A stretch of DNA of 64,000 nt, taken from contig OZ024743.1 in NCBI GenBank assembly GCA_964016885.1, forward strand, positions 284,642,001-284,706,000, in the 5' to 3' direction. Position numbers and translations under genes: made by a program. Under the pieces are notes generated by a model that searched no databases, had not been told where the DNA came from, and was given only the letters and a program-made list of their open reading frames with translations. Source of the DNA: Eledone cirrhosa. Lineage: Eukaryota. This document shows, in pieces, positions 63,650-64,000 of this stretch (positions are counted from its first letter, which is position 1; each line of letters opens with the position of its first letter).

Positions 63650-64000
63650 TTATGTATGCATGTGTGTGTGAGTGTGTGTGTCTAGAAATGGATGTAAAGG
63701 TGGTGATGATGATAATATATAAAGAACAGTCTTTTTTAGACATGTTTTCTAGTTGATCAAAAAAGGCTAGAGAATATTTCAAGCTCCAGTAATTAACAAT
63801 CCTCTAGAAAACTCAGGTAAGACCTATAATGGTGCTCATACTGGATTCTTAGACCATATCCTGAAAAGATTAGCTTATCAGTTTAAAGTCACTCTCTGAC
63901 ATTATCCAGTCTTTGCTTAACAGATGTGCTGTTACCTCCTACTGCCACTTCTACTGCTACTACAGAGGCCTCTACTCCTTGGAGCTTGCTGAACTCATGC

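Overview
AT-rich animal genomic DNA. The repeat repertoire points to a cephalopod, probably Octopus (inference from family resemblance, no database search). I can support no host protein-coding exon. The window is a mosaic of non-LTR retrotransposons, two young tRNA-derived SINE families, DNA-transposon MITEs (piggyBac-like, pogo/Tigger-like, mariner, hAT), stacked non-autonomous Helitrons, Penelope-like remnants and microsatellites. The only long ORF (3362-5857) is the 5'-truncated ORF2 of an RTE LINE, which carries a C4HC3 PHD-like finger inside its RT region. The most interesting signals are: (1) three type-I minimal hammerhead ribozyme motifs in Penelope-like remnants; (2) a candidate recursive splice site with a 42-nt stop-containing cryptic exon on the minus strand, plus a SINE orientation bias that fits a long minus-strand intron; (3) a 13-bp AAGGG-N3-(T/C)AACT motif carried by the young SINE and also found free; (4) a perfect 220-bp palindrome; (5) several reconstructable nested insertions. 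Coordinates were counted by hand and may be off by a few bases, and repeat family names are by resemblance only.
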